A DNA stretch of 32,935 bases from Octopus bimaculoides (Eukaryota). The DNA is taken from positions 11,762,772 through 11,795,706 of the forward strand of contig NC_068988.1 of assembly GCF_001194135.2 (NCBI RefSeq). The letters are read 5' to 3'. Under the pieces are notes generated by a model, which made no database searches, was not told where the DNA came from, and saw nothing but the letters and a program-made list of their open reading frames with translations. Positions 21,978-32,843 of the stretch are shown here, piece after piece (positions within the stretch are counted from its first letter, which is position 1; every line of letters starts with the position of its first letter). Position numbers and translations under genes: made by a program.

Positions 21978-22167
21978 GTCTGTCCTTGTTTGTCCCCTCT
22001 ATGTTTAACCCCTTTGTGGGCAGTAAAGAAATAAGAAACGTTAGCACGCCGGGCGAAATGCTTAGCCGTATTTCGTCTGTTTTTACCTTCTGAGTTCGAA
22101 TTCCGCTGAGGTCGACTTTGCTTTTCATCCTTTCGGGGGAGGGGGTCAATAGATTAAGTACCAGTTC
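21978..22167 (+). mobile_element. SINE C in tail-to-head (permuted) order
   Basis: Putative tail GTCTGTCCTTGTTTGTCCCCTCTATG..GTGGGCAGTAAAGAAATAA (to 22034) is fused to head-less GAAACGTTAGCACGCCGGGCGAAATGCTTAG (from 22035). Confidence 0.8.
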
Positions 22168-22198
22168 AGTATATGTGAGTATATGCGTGAGTGCGTAC

Positions 22199-22276
<78 letters not shown>

Positions 22277-22558
22277 NNNNNNNNNNNNNNNNNNNNNNNN
22301 NNNNNNNNNNNNNNNNNNNNNNNNNNNNNNNNNNNNNNNNNNNNNNNNNNNNNNNNNNNNNNNNNNNNNNNNNNNNNNNNNNNNNNNNNNNNNNNNNNNN
22401 NNNNNNNNNNNNNNNNNNNNNNNNNNNNNNNNNNNNNNNNNNNNNNNNNNNNNNNNNNNNNNNNNNNNNNNNNNNNNNNNNNNNNNNNNNNNNNNNNNNN
22501 NNNNNNNNNNNNNNNNNNNNNNNNNNNNNNNNNNNNNNNATATATATATATATATATG

Positions 22559-22641
22559 CAGTAATCCCCCCGACTATCGCGGGTGTTACGTTCAAAAACC
22601 CCACCCCGTCAGATGACTAGCGATAGGGCGAGAGATTACTG
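22559..22641. mobile_element. 83-bp pogo/Tigger-like MITE
   Basis: 22-bp imperfect TIRs, CAGTAATCCCCCCGACTATCGC vs reverse complement CAGTAATCTCTCGCCCTATCGC (17/22). The left end resembles the MER2/Tigger-type CAGTCGTCCCTCGG..GCGGG..GTTCCAGGACCCC layout. Flanks read TG on both sides instead of TA. Confidence 0.65.
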
Positions 22642-22662
22642 TGGATGCTTATATTTTTTTCG

Positions 22663-22714
22663 TATTTTTATGTGCTTATATGTGCCCAAGAGCACATATA
22701 AACACATAAAAATA
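22663..22714. other. Near-perfect 23-bp inverted repeat with 6-nt loop
   Basis: TATTTTTATGTGCTTATATGTGC-CCAAGA-GCACATATAAACACATAAAAATA; 22/23 pairs. Confidence 0.9.
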
Positions 22715-22744
22715 TAGAACATTACACATATGAATCTGTTAAAT

Positions 22745-22965
22745 TGCATATATGTGTGTATACGTATATGTATGCATGTATGTATATATGTGCATACGTA
22801 TATGTATGTATATATATATATATATATATATGTATAAATGTGTATAAATATATGTTTGTATGTATACATCTATATTATACATCTATATATGTGTGTATGT
22901 GTGTATGCGTGTGCGTATACACACATACGCACACGCACGCATACACACACGCGCGCGTTGTGCAC
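22745..22965. repeat. Degenerate (AT)/(GT)/(CA) tract
   Basis: Direct reading. Confidence 0.85.
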
Positions 22966-23174
22966 GTTGTTTGCGTATAAAGTAAATAACATTTAGCCAA
23001 GTTTGAGAGCAGAAGCAGTGCCGGATTATCGATCGCTATGTTTTGTTTTCGGGTTCAATAACCATAGATATCAGTAGGTACGTTCAAAGAAAATATTCTG
23101 ACATAAGAACATCGTTTGGAAATGCTTCGAGATAAATATTACATAACATCAGTTGACATTTCGACTCTCTCACA

Positions 23175-23227
<53 letters not shown>

Positions 23228-23530
23228 NNNNNNNNNNNNNNNNNNNNNNNNNNNNNNNNNNNNNNNNNNNNNNNNNNNNNNNNNNNNNNNNNNNNNNNNN
23301 NNNNNNNNNNNNNNNNNNNNNNNNNNNNNNNNNNNNNNNNNNNNNNNNNNNNNNNNNNNNNNNNNNNNNNNNNNGACATAGAGACAGGTTCATAACTTTC
23401 AACTTTTCTTCTTCAGCACAGTATAACTTTCATTTGTCGTACTATTTGCCGACGCTGAACTTAACAATTTCTTGAGAATTCTACTCTTTTAAATTGTCAT
23501 ATCGATTCGAATAAATTTTTCAAGTTTTTG

Positions 23531-23533
<3 letters not shown>

Positions 23534-23622
<89 letters not shown>

Positions 23623-23764
23623 TGTGCTTTGTCAAGGTGATCTCAGGTAAGCTGTCACAGGAATGCCCATGTTAGAAATGCTATCAAGGCAGTTATGGGT
23701 ACCTATCAGCAAAGAGAAATTGGTGTTCCATATTGAGTTATCGGCGTATATATGTATGTATGTA

Positions 23765-23830
<66 letters not shown>

Positions 23831-23831
23831 C
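23534..23831. repeat. (TTA)n 23534-23622 and (TAGA)n about 23766-23831
   Basis: Direct reading. Confidence 0.93.
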
Positions 23832-24130
23832 ATTTGATGTTTTTGGACTTGAAATGCACCGAAACTGCAAAAAGAAAACTGATTTTCCTGTCTTTTGCGG
23901 TCTTTTGTTTTACTTTTGTTTTGTTTTTCGTTTTGTTTTTTTTGTTTGTATTTTTTTTGGTTTTTTTGTCGCTACTGTTTTTTCCGTCAACCGTTGCCGT
24001 TTTCTATTCTGAATGGTATATATCGATTCCGGTGAACAGAGAAATACAGAAAGATGGAGAGAGGAAAACATTATCCAGACATAGATACAAAAACTGACCG
24101 GGAAAGTAAGAGACACCAACAGAGAGAGAG

Positions 24131-24210
24131 ACAGACAGACATATAAACAGACAGACAGACATATAAACAGACAGACAGACATATAAACAGACAGACAGAC
24201 ATATAAACAG
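24131..24210. repeat. 20-bp minisatellite ACAGACAGACATATAAACAG x4
   Basis: Four exact units. Confidence 0.95.
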
Positions 24211-24958
24211 ACAGACAGACAGACAGACAAGAGGGAGAAACACGTAGACACACTGGCACCCCTGTCACTAGATTAAAAAGTAAATAAAATCTTAAATAAA
24301 ATATCACTACTGTAAACTAATCACGAAACAGCGATAGGAGTAAAATCTGTTGTGATATAAATCTCATTTTTGATAAGATACACATTTTTCTCACCTACCG
24401 TTTCTAAATGGCGTGATATGGCTTACCAATAGCAGATGAACCTATTTACGCAGAATTGACAATGAGAGCGTTTTTCACACACACAGAAATATAAGGCCTT
24501 CTTTTTTTGATTCAAACTCAAGTGTCATCAGTTCTTAGTTTAATGACAAATGCGCTTGATCACAGCGCCTTCTATCGGTAGGTAAGGAGTTTATGATAAT
24601 GCTTAAAGCATAAACACAAACCCATATATATCACCGACGTATGACTGGTACTGATTTTTCCCCCCTTGTAGGGATTAATGAAATCTTGGATTTAAATACG
24701 GCAAAATATTTTGACCGACGCCATACCTATTCATAGCGTAATTGGTTTAACAAAGGTAGAAACTAAGTTGTTTGTCTGGAAGAGATTTTTTTCATGTATA
24801 ACATTAGATATGACTGTGGTTGTTTGCATGTGCGAAATGAGATTTTATATTCCAGCTGCTATATGTATATATGTAGGTGTATACAGAATACAGAGCTATA
24901 GATAGATAATTTAGTGTACGTGTACACACACACAGACACACGCACACACACATATATT

Positions 24959-25003
<45 letters not shown>

Positions 25004-25279
25004 ACAAAGAGAAATTTGTGAATCTTCATTACATTTCAAATCGATTCTTCACATCAATGAGATAGTGTCTTTAAAATGATAAATCGTTATAATGATAAAT
25101 TATTTAGAGTCAATGTCAGAGAGAGTAATGACTGTGTGTCTTCATATATATATATATATATATACATATATTTTATATATNNNNNNNNNNNNNNNNNNNN
25201 NNNNNNNNNNNNNNNNNNNNNNNNNNNNNNNNNNNNNNNNNNNNNNNNNNNNNNNNNNNNNNNNNNNNNNNNNNNNNNN

Positions 25280-25317
<38 letters not shown>

Positions 25318-25393
25318 ATATATATATTATATATATACATACACATATATATTTATTTATGTATATACATACATAAATATATATATATAGATG

Positions 25394-25424
<31 letters not shown>

Positions 25425-26169
25425 GTATATATACATACATAAAGGTGTGTGTATGTATGCGTATATGTATGTGTATAGGTATGATCCCCGTAAGCTAGAG
25501 GAGTCGTAGCATTTAATAAATCTTAATGCTGACGTCTTAGCTAATGATTAAAGATATTATATATTATATACATTTTCATTTTTATATTTTATTCCGCAAA
25601 GTCTCAATATAACCATTACAATAACGATGACAAATCTTGCATTAAAGCCAGAATACGTGGGTAGATATAAAAGTCTGATTGTGTACGTAAGCACGTTTAG
25701 GTGTAAGAAAATGGCTGTTTATAGCTTATGACGTTACGTATAAGCGCGGCGTGTTTGTGAGTGTACCGGCTTCTGGTGTCTATTTGTGTCAGATTTATAA
25801 GCTTGTGACAGGATAAACGAGGAAGAAATAAGGTATGGGCTATCAGTTGTCGGGTCACATTTCCTATAGCCATTACTGTCAGTTCGATGTATCTTAGAAA
25901 TAAACTAACTTTTATATGTTATATTCTGTCTTGATGTGGTTGCTGAGAATATAATATATAGACAGACATACTGAGTAAGTTTTTCTTGTAATAAACTAGC
26001 GACCTATCCACATTAAGATTGATATCTTCTGTTTAATGCTGTAGAAAGTCGAGCTAAGAACGAAAGTAGGAACCCGTATATTTCCCCGATGGCGTTACAC
26101 ATATATATCTAACAACACTATATACATAGAAATGGTTATTTATAAACACACACACACACATACATACAT

Positions 26170-26204
<35 letters not shown>

Positions 26205-26497
26205 NNNNNNNNNNNNNNNNNNNNNNNNNNNNNNNNNNNNNNNNNNNNNNNNNNNNNNNNNNNNNNNNNNNNNNNNNNNNNNNNNNNNNNNNNNNNNNNN
26301 NNNNNNNNNNNNNNNNNNNNNNNNNNNNNNNNNNNNNNNNNNNNNNNNNNNNNNNNNNNNNNNNNNNNNNNNNNNNNNNNNNNNNNNNNNNNNNNNNNNN
26401 NNNNNNNNNNNNNNNNNNNNNNNNNNNNNNNNNNNNNNNNNNNNNNNNNNNNNNNNNNNNNNNNNNNNNNNNNNNNNNNNNNNNNNNNNNNNNNNNN

Positions 26498-26549
26498 CCC
26501 CCCCCCCCGCCAAATTTCAGGCCTTGTGCCTTTAGTAGAAAGGATTATT
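26498..26549 (+). mobile_element. SINE C 3' tail emerging from a gap
   Basis: CCCCCGCCAAATTTCAGGCCTTGTGCCTTTAGTAGAAAGG resembles the tails at 19950-19988 and 20165-20205. Confidence 0.7.
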
Positions 26550-26619
26550 TAATGTAACGCCACGCACCTTCTTTTTTTCATTTCACCCAATGTCAGTAAC
26601 ACCCGATAGAGGGGATAAA

Positions 26620-27110
26620 ATTTGGTGACATCCTCTCTGTCTTTCTCTTTCTTTCTCTATCTTTCCCTCTCTCCTTCCTGTCTGTTTTTTCTTTCATATC
26701 ACCTCACCTCTCTATTGCTTTTTCTATCTACCTTTTCACTTTACCAAATTCTCCACCCTTTTCTATTCTTCTTTTGTACATCCCACCTGTATTCTCTTTT
26801 TCTTCTCTCTACAATTCCTTCTCTATCCACCTGCACTTCTTTCTATCTATCTATCCCCTATCTCTCTTTATTTACCCTCCATTTCTTCGTCTGTCCACCT
26901 CGATCTATTATTTACTGTTTTCTCTTTCATCCTCCTCTCTCTCACCCTCCCCCATTCTGTTTTTCTTCGTATTTGTTTTTCCCTAACATTTTCCACTTCT
27001 TTCCTTTCGTATTTCTATACTCTTCCTCCTCTTTGCACGACCCTTTCCTTCTTGACTCTCTGCCTTTCTCTTAACCCTTCATTACTCGTTCTCTCTCTCT
27101 CTCTCACACA
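26620..27110. repeat. Degenerate pyrimidine-rich low-complexity tract
   Basis: Direct reading. Confidence 0.85.
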
Positions 27111-27812
27111 TCTCCCTTTTCCGTACCTCGTGACCATCCTTTCTCTGCTTGACCGCTGACTGGTTGACACGCCCTCTTTTGTGCCTTCCTATGCTTACCA
27201 TCCGATAACTGAAATAATTTAGATATTCCAAAGACACACACACAGTTATATATTATGTGTAATATATGTATACATATATATGTATTTTTACGATATGTAT
27301 ATATATAATATAGAATGGGACAAGAACGCAAAACATCCAGACAGTTAGGTGATACAAGAAAGAGATAACAAAACATCCATATAGACGAGACAAAGAAAAC
27401 AAGGACAGGTCATTCGGAGTTTTCTTTCCTCAGTCGAGATCCAGATTATCTTTGCAATTTCGGCTGGTTATTCTCGATATTGCTCGAATCTGGCCAGCTC
27501 CAAGGAAAAACTTAGCTAAGTGCATTAGATTCCTTGGAAGAAAGCAGCGAATGTATGCAGAAACAAGGACGGTAAAAAACGAACAATGTTATACAAATAC
27601 AATAAAAATAAAAATAATAGCAGGACATAACAACAGATGTCTTTCGAATAAGGACGAATTAAATTAAGCTGGCGTGTGTGGAAATAAAGCCTTACAGCAG
27701 GGATACAAGATTTCTCAGGCACAGGGAGGAATATCGATGTTGCACGGACAACGGCCAACCAAGAAAGAAAGATCAGGCTTGACCGAACGCCGCTCACGTG
27801 GGAAGAGAAGAG
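27110..27812. mobile_element. Octopus-type interspersed repeat in two parts separated by an AT-rich spacer; tentatively Penelope-like
   Basis: Recognised from memory as a recurring octopus repeat (AGAATGGGACAAGAACGCAAAACATCCAG..GGTCATTCGGAGTTTTCTTTCCTCAGTC..). No intact RT or GIY-YIG motif is visible, so the PLE label is inference. Confidence 0.35.
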
Positions 27813-27829
27813 ATATGTATTGATTTCAA

Positions 27830-27953
27830 ATTTTAGCACATAGCCAGCAGTTTCGGGGGAGTGGATAAGTCGAACGTAAACAAACCAGCAACGGTTCTCA
27901 AGCGGTGAAGGACAAACATAAAAATAGACAGACAAACAAAGACACACACACAC

Positions 27954-27955
<2 letters not shown>
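27830..27955 (-). mobile_element. Adjacent fragments: SINE C tail (27830-27873) and SINE A body (27875-27955)
   Basis: AAATTTTAGCACATAGCCAGCAGTTTCGGGGGAGTGGATAAGTCGA, then CGTAAACAAACCAGCAACGGTTCTCAAGCG..GGACAAACA. Confidence 0.6.
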
Positions 27956-28012
<57 letters not shown>

Positions 28013-28019
28013 TAAGACT

Positions 28020-28231
28020 AATGGAAAATGGAGACAAACGCTCAAGATGTTATTTAAATCATTTATATCGCCACTGATGTTTATAACCTCATCCCTGACG
28101 AGATTGATGTATTTTTCCACATTATTCTTCCTCTCGGATTTATTTTAATGTATCAATCGAAACGTATGTAGGTGATATGGTGATATAAATGATTTAAATA
28201 ACATCTTGAGTGTTTGTCTCCATTTTCCATT
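28020..28231. mobile_element. 212-bp foldback element with 54-bp terminal inverted repeats
   Basis: 28020-28073 versus the reverse complement of 28178-28231: 52/54 identical. Confidence 0.88.
28089..28175 (+). ncRNA. Type I hammerhead ribozyme motif
   Basis: Stem I 5' TCATCC (28089-94); core CTGACGA (28095-101); stem II GATTGATGTATT/AATGTATCAATC (28102-113 with 28147-158, 12 bp including 2 G-U); GAAA (28159-62); short palindrome-like stem III ACGT/ATGT (28162-69); GUA cleavage triplet (cut after 28170); stem I 3' GGTGA (5 bp, one bulge). Confidence 0.72.
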
Positions 28232-28488
28232 GTTCNNNNNNNNNNNNNNNNNNNNNNNNNNNNNNNNNNNNNNNNNNNNNNNNNNNNNNNNNNNNNNNNN
28301 NNNNNNNNNNNNNNNNNNNNNNNNNNNNNNNNNNNNNNNNNNNNNNNNNNNNNNNNNNNNNNNNNNNNNNNNNNNNNNNNNNNNNNNNNNNNNNNNNNNN
28401 NNNNNNNNNNNNNNNNNNNNNNNNNNNNNNNNNNNNNNNNNNNNNNNNNNNNNNNNATATATATATATATATATATATATACATACAT

Positions 28489-28650
28489 GATGAGCTTCCA
28501 CACAGTTTCCTTCTAACAAATTTACTCACAAAAATCTGCTCGGCCCGGGAATACAGAAGATACTTGCTTAAGGAGCCGCACAGTAAAACTGAACCGGGGA
28601 CTACGTAGATAGAAATCCAGGTTTTTATCCACACAGCCATGTCTGCGCCT
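28489..28650 (-). mobile_element. SINE A, degraded 5' half
   Basis: CAGTTTCC..CAAATTTACTCACAA..GGCCCGG..AGAAGATACTTGC..CTGAACCGGG..CCACACAGCCATGTCTGCGCC. Confidence 0.8.
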
Positions 28651-29433
28651 CTCCAATATTCATATTATTTTCTTCAATTTTCTTTTAGTTATTACATAAG
28701 CACGCGATGTGGGAGTCGTGTATATTTTCTAATGCCTGGAGGATATTAGCAGCAAAAGTGCCGTGAAATTAGTTGAATTGAGAGCTAAACGCTGTTATAA
28801 GCGTTAAGTGCTAATATTTGGTTCTTGCATAGGCCTGACATGAGGTCATATATTTCCTAGGGAGAGGCCACCATTGACTTTCATATTTTCCTCAGTGGGA
28901 GGGCTTTAATAATCGAAATAAAACGAACCTAATACGCGTCCCAGATTAAGATTTAACTTTGCAAGCAATTATTGAGCTAAAATACTTTTAAAAGAACTCA
29001 TATAATGACTAGAAGTAAATTACATCTGTAAAGCTATTTTGATTCTGTCTTCAATAAAAGAAAAATAGCTAATTTCGCAATGAATTAATGTAGAAACTAT
29101 AACAATTTCTAGTGAATTCCTTCGCGAGAAGATACGTGTCTGTGGCTTATAGTGTTACATATGAAGCACAACGAGTAATTCTACTGCAATAGTACATCAG
29201 AGAATTTAACCAATACTTGGTAATTATGGTTTTACCATTAAGCAACAAGCAATAACGGAGCAGACTTCATTGTTTCGTTATTAATGTATTCGAGGCTAGA
29301 ATCGTATCTACTGTTAAACAGCACAGACGTATATATAAATATATGAATATATGTACATACTTACACACACACACCCATAAATGTATAAGCGCAAACATAT
29401 ACATATATACACATAAATATACATACATGTATG

Positions 29434-29476
<43 letters not shown>

Positions 29477-30216
29477 GTATATATTTATGTGAATATATCT
29501 TTATTCATACATAAGTATACATACACGCACTTATGCAAACGTCTGCATATATATACATATATATATATATATATATNNNNNNNNNNNNNNNNNNNNNNNN
29601 NNNNNNNNNNNNNNNNNNNNNNNNNNNNNNNNNNNNNNNNNNNNNNNNNNNNNNNNNNNNNNNNNNNNNNNNNNNNNNNNNNNNNNNNNNNNNNNNNNNN
29701 NNNNNNNNNNNNNNNNNNNNNNNNNNNNNNNNNNNNNNNNNNNNNNNNNNNNNNNNNNNNNNNNNNNNNNNNNNNNNNNNNNNNNNNNNNNNNNNNNNNN
29801 NNNNNNNNNNNNNNNNNNNNNNNNNNNNNNNNNNNNNNNNNNNNNNNNNNNNNNNNNNNNNNNNNNNNNNNNNNNNNNNNNNNNNNNNNNNNNNNNNNNN
29901 NNNNNNNNNNNNNNNNNNNNNNNNNNNNNNNNNNNNNNNNNNNNNNNNNNNNNNNNNNNNNNNNNNNNNNNNNNNNNNNNNNNNNNNNNNNNNNNNNNNN
30001 NNNNNNNNNNNNNNNNNNNNNNNNNNNNNNNNNNNNNNNNNNNNNNNNNNNNNNNNNNNNNNNNNNNNNNNNNNNNNNNNNNNNNNNNNNNNNNNNNNNN
30101 NNNNNNNNNNNNNNNNNNNNNNNNNNNNNNNNNNNNNNNNNNNNNNNNNNNNNNNNNNNNNNNNNNNNNNNNNNNNNNNNNNNNNNNNNNNNNNNNNNNN
30201 NTATATATATATATAT

Positions 30217-30568
30217 AGGAGTGACGGTGTGGTAAGTACCTTGCTTACCAACCACATGGCTCCGGGTTCATTCCCACTGCGTGGCACCTTGAGCAATTGT
30301 CTTCTACTATAGCCTCGGGCTGACCAAGCCTTATGAGTGGATTTGGTAGACGGAAACTGAAAGAAGCCCGTGGTATATATGTATATATATGTATATGTGT
30401 ATGTCCATGTATATGTTTGTGTGTCTGTGTTTCTCCCCCTCGACATCGCTTTACAACCGATGGTGGTGTGTTTATGTCCCGGTAACTTAGCGGTTCTGCC
30501 GAAGGAACCGATAGAATAAGTACTAGGCTTACAAAGAATAATTCATGGGGTCAATTCGCTTGACTAAA
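30217..30568 (+). mobile_element. SINE A, near full length, 3' end lost in a gap
   Basis: Head GTGTGGTAAG..CCGGGTTCATTCCCACTGCGTGGCACC, body, internal microsatellite and GATAGAATAAGTACTAGGCTTACAAAGAATAA..GGGGTC; high identity by eye to 18173-18510. Confidence 0.95.
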
Positions 30569-30724
30569 NNNNNNNNNNNNNNNNNNNNNNNNNNNNNNNN
30601 NNNNNNNNNNNNNNNNNNNNNNNNNNNNNNNNNNNNNNNNNNNNNNNNNNNNNNNNNNNNNNNNNNNNNNNNNNNNNNNNNNNNNNNNNNNNNNNNNNTA
30701 TATATATATATATTTATATATACA

Positions 30725-30878
30725 AGATGGATTTTTGACTCACAATCTGTCTCTCCGTTACACCGACAAAGCATAGGACACAATCCCAGGCTCAACTAGA
30801 AGACGCTTGTCCAAGGTACCCCCGCATAGTGGGACAAAACTCGAAACCGTTATGTTAAATAACAAGCTTGTCAACCAT
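30725..30878 (-). mobile_element. SINE A, highly degraded 5' half
   Basis: CCCAGGCT..TAGAAGACGCTTGTCCAAGGTACC..GCA..GTGGGAC..AACTCGAAACC..AAGCTTG..AACCA. Confidence 0.6.
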
Positions 30879-31429
30879 AATACACTGGTTGATTCACAAT
30901 TTTTTTTCTTTTCTCCTTTTCATTGTTGTATTAGATCTCGCAACGCCGTAAGAGAAAACAAACACCCCACCTATTTCAGCGTTTAAGAATATTTAATGAG
31001 CTGTCATCTACTTTTAAATTTCTAATGAAGCGATTTCTGTGAAAGAGAGAATTACTATTTTATTTTTTAATGATTTTAAGGAGCAGATGGCAATCTACAT
31101 CGAAAATCATGTGATTAACTGATAGCTGCTGTCAACAATACCAAACATTCTTATGTTATTCATTGATGAATCAGCATTAAGGAATTAGTTATTGATCAAA
31201 AATTTTTTACATAAACTTTTAAGTCAAAGCCGTAAAGTTTAGTTATTTGTTTCGCTTCTTTTTTTTTGGTTTTGTTTTTCTGTGTGTTTATTGCTTATAA
31301 TAATTAATAACCTTCATTACTTCAAGTAGTTATTTGCGACTTTGAGACGTTTTGACGCAGCTGTTCTGGCGCTGCTCATTCGGCGTTGGCTTATTAGGCA
31401 TCAGACTTTTTAATGTTTCTAGCGTTCAT

Positions 31430-31650
31430 TCCCTCTGTCCCCCTCTCTCTCTTACCTCTCCCATATTCTCCCTCATCTCTCTCTCTCTCTCTTCCTTTCC
31501 CTCTCCTCTCTCCTCTTCGCTCTCCCTTCTATCTCTCTCTTTCCCTTCTCACCCCGTCTCTCTCCAAGTCTCTCTCCAAGTCTCTCCCCATTCCTCTTAC
31601 CTCTCTCTCCCTCTCTCTCTCTCTACTCCCCTACCTTTTATCTCTCTCTG
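31430..31650. repeat. CT-rich low-complexity tract
   Basis: Direct reading. Confidence 0.9.
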
Positions 31651-31675
31651 CCAAACCCTTCTTCTATCCAAGAGT

Positions 31676-31995
31676 GAAGGCCTGTGGATTCTTTGTCAGT
31701 GTATTCGGCTTACGAGCGTATGTCGTGAGTTCAATTCCCGGCAGTGCGCTGTGTCTTTTGGCAATATACTTTATGTCACGTTGCATCAGTCCATTGAGCT
31801 GACAAAAATGCGATGTACCTGCAATTCAAAGGACCAGTTTTGTTACATTCTGAGACATGCTGAATCTGCCTGAGAATTGCGCCAGTGTACGTGTGTCTGG
31901 GGAGTTCTCAGCCACTTGCACGTTAATTTCACGAGCAAGCTGTTCCATTGATCAGAACAATTGGAACACTTGTCGTCGTAATAGACAGGGTACCA
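31676..31995 (+). mobile_element. tRNA-derived SINE, family D (B-like head and core, different long 3' body)
   Basis: GTATTCGGCTTACGAGCGTATGTCGTGAGTTCAATTCCCGGC (B box), core TTTATGTCACGTTGCATCAGTCCATTGAGCTG, and 3' body CTCAGCCACTTGCACGTTAATTTCACGAGCAAGCTGTTCC..GTCGTCGTAA. Confidence 0.8.
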
Positions 31996-32184
31996 GTTAG
32001 TAAGAGATGAGCTCTGATGAATGAAAGACATTCCAACCGTGACCAATTCATTAAACCCTTAAATGCAAAGAACACTCGTGACCATGTTATCCAGCGTGGC
32101 TTGTTCTTAAACAATACACTATGATCCAAGGGAATTTGGTTGCTATTTCTAGCAGATTATGTAAACATGTAGCGTTTCCCGCGC

Positions 32185-32804
32185 GTGGTACGTCAGTGTG
32201 TACGAGTCTGTTTTGAAAATGTGTATGCATATATATGTGTATATCTATGCCTGTGTATATGGATATATATGTGTCAGCTTGCGTATGTGCCTTTGTGTAT
32301 GTGTTTATATGTATGTCTGCTTGTCTGTATGCAGGTATGTATAAATTTCTCTACGTCATTTTGTATGTATGTGTTTGTGTGTTTCTCTGTACGTAGATCT
32401 ACATATGTGACTGTGTATATAACTGCACTTGTGTCTACTCGTGTGTGTGTATTTCCATCCATTTATCTGTGTGTATGTGTATGTGTGTTTTTGTGAACTT
32501 ATAGATGTTAGTACGTGTGCTAATGTATGTGCATACGTATGTTTACAACAATTCCTCCCCATATAGAAGTATATGCGTGTGAGAAAATGTATGCGCTTGT
32601 GTGTGTACATATATGTGGCACGCGTGCGCGTGTGTGTATCTTTGTGTGTGTGTGCATAATTTTGCACGTGTACGATTGTCTATGTATGTATTTGTGTGTG
32701 CATGTAGGTTGTTGGTGAATATGTATGTGAAAGCATTCCTGTATGTACATGTGTATATGCGAAATAAGGTTTGGTGTGTACGTACGAATGTGCATATATG
32801 TGTG

Positions 32805-32843
<39 letters not shown>

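Noticed and set aside
24131-24210. CRISPR-like regular repeats
   Set aside because: Units are contiguous with no unique spacers; eukaryotic context and no cas genes.
24672-24736. Acceptor-like site ACTGATTTTTCCCCCCTTGTAG|
   Set aside because: All three frames hit a stop within 65 nt, before any good donor.
25664-25760. TATAAAAG box with nearby TGACGT motifs as a promoter
   Set aside because: Short motifs expected by chance in AT-rich DNA; no downstream exon or CpG-rich region.
30890-31420. Unique AT-rich stretch with many TAAT/TGAT motifs as an enhancer
   Set aside because: Motif density is explained by base composition; conservation data would be needed.
32014-32040. CTGATGA-AT-GAAAGAC as a hammerhead
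   Set aside because: No room for stem II and no stem I complement; lies within a repeat fragment.
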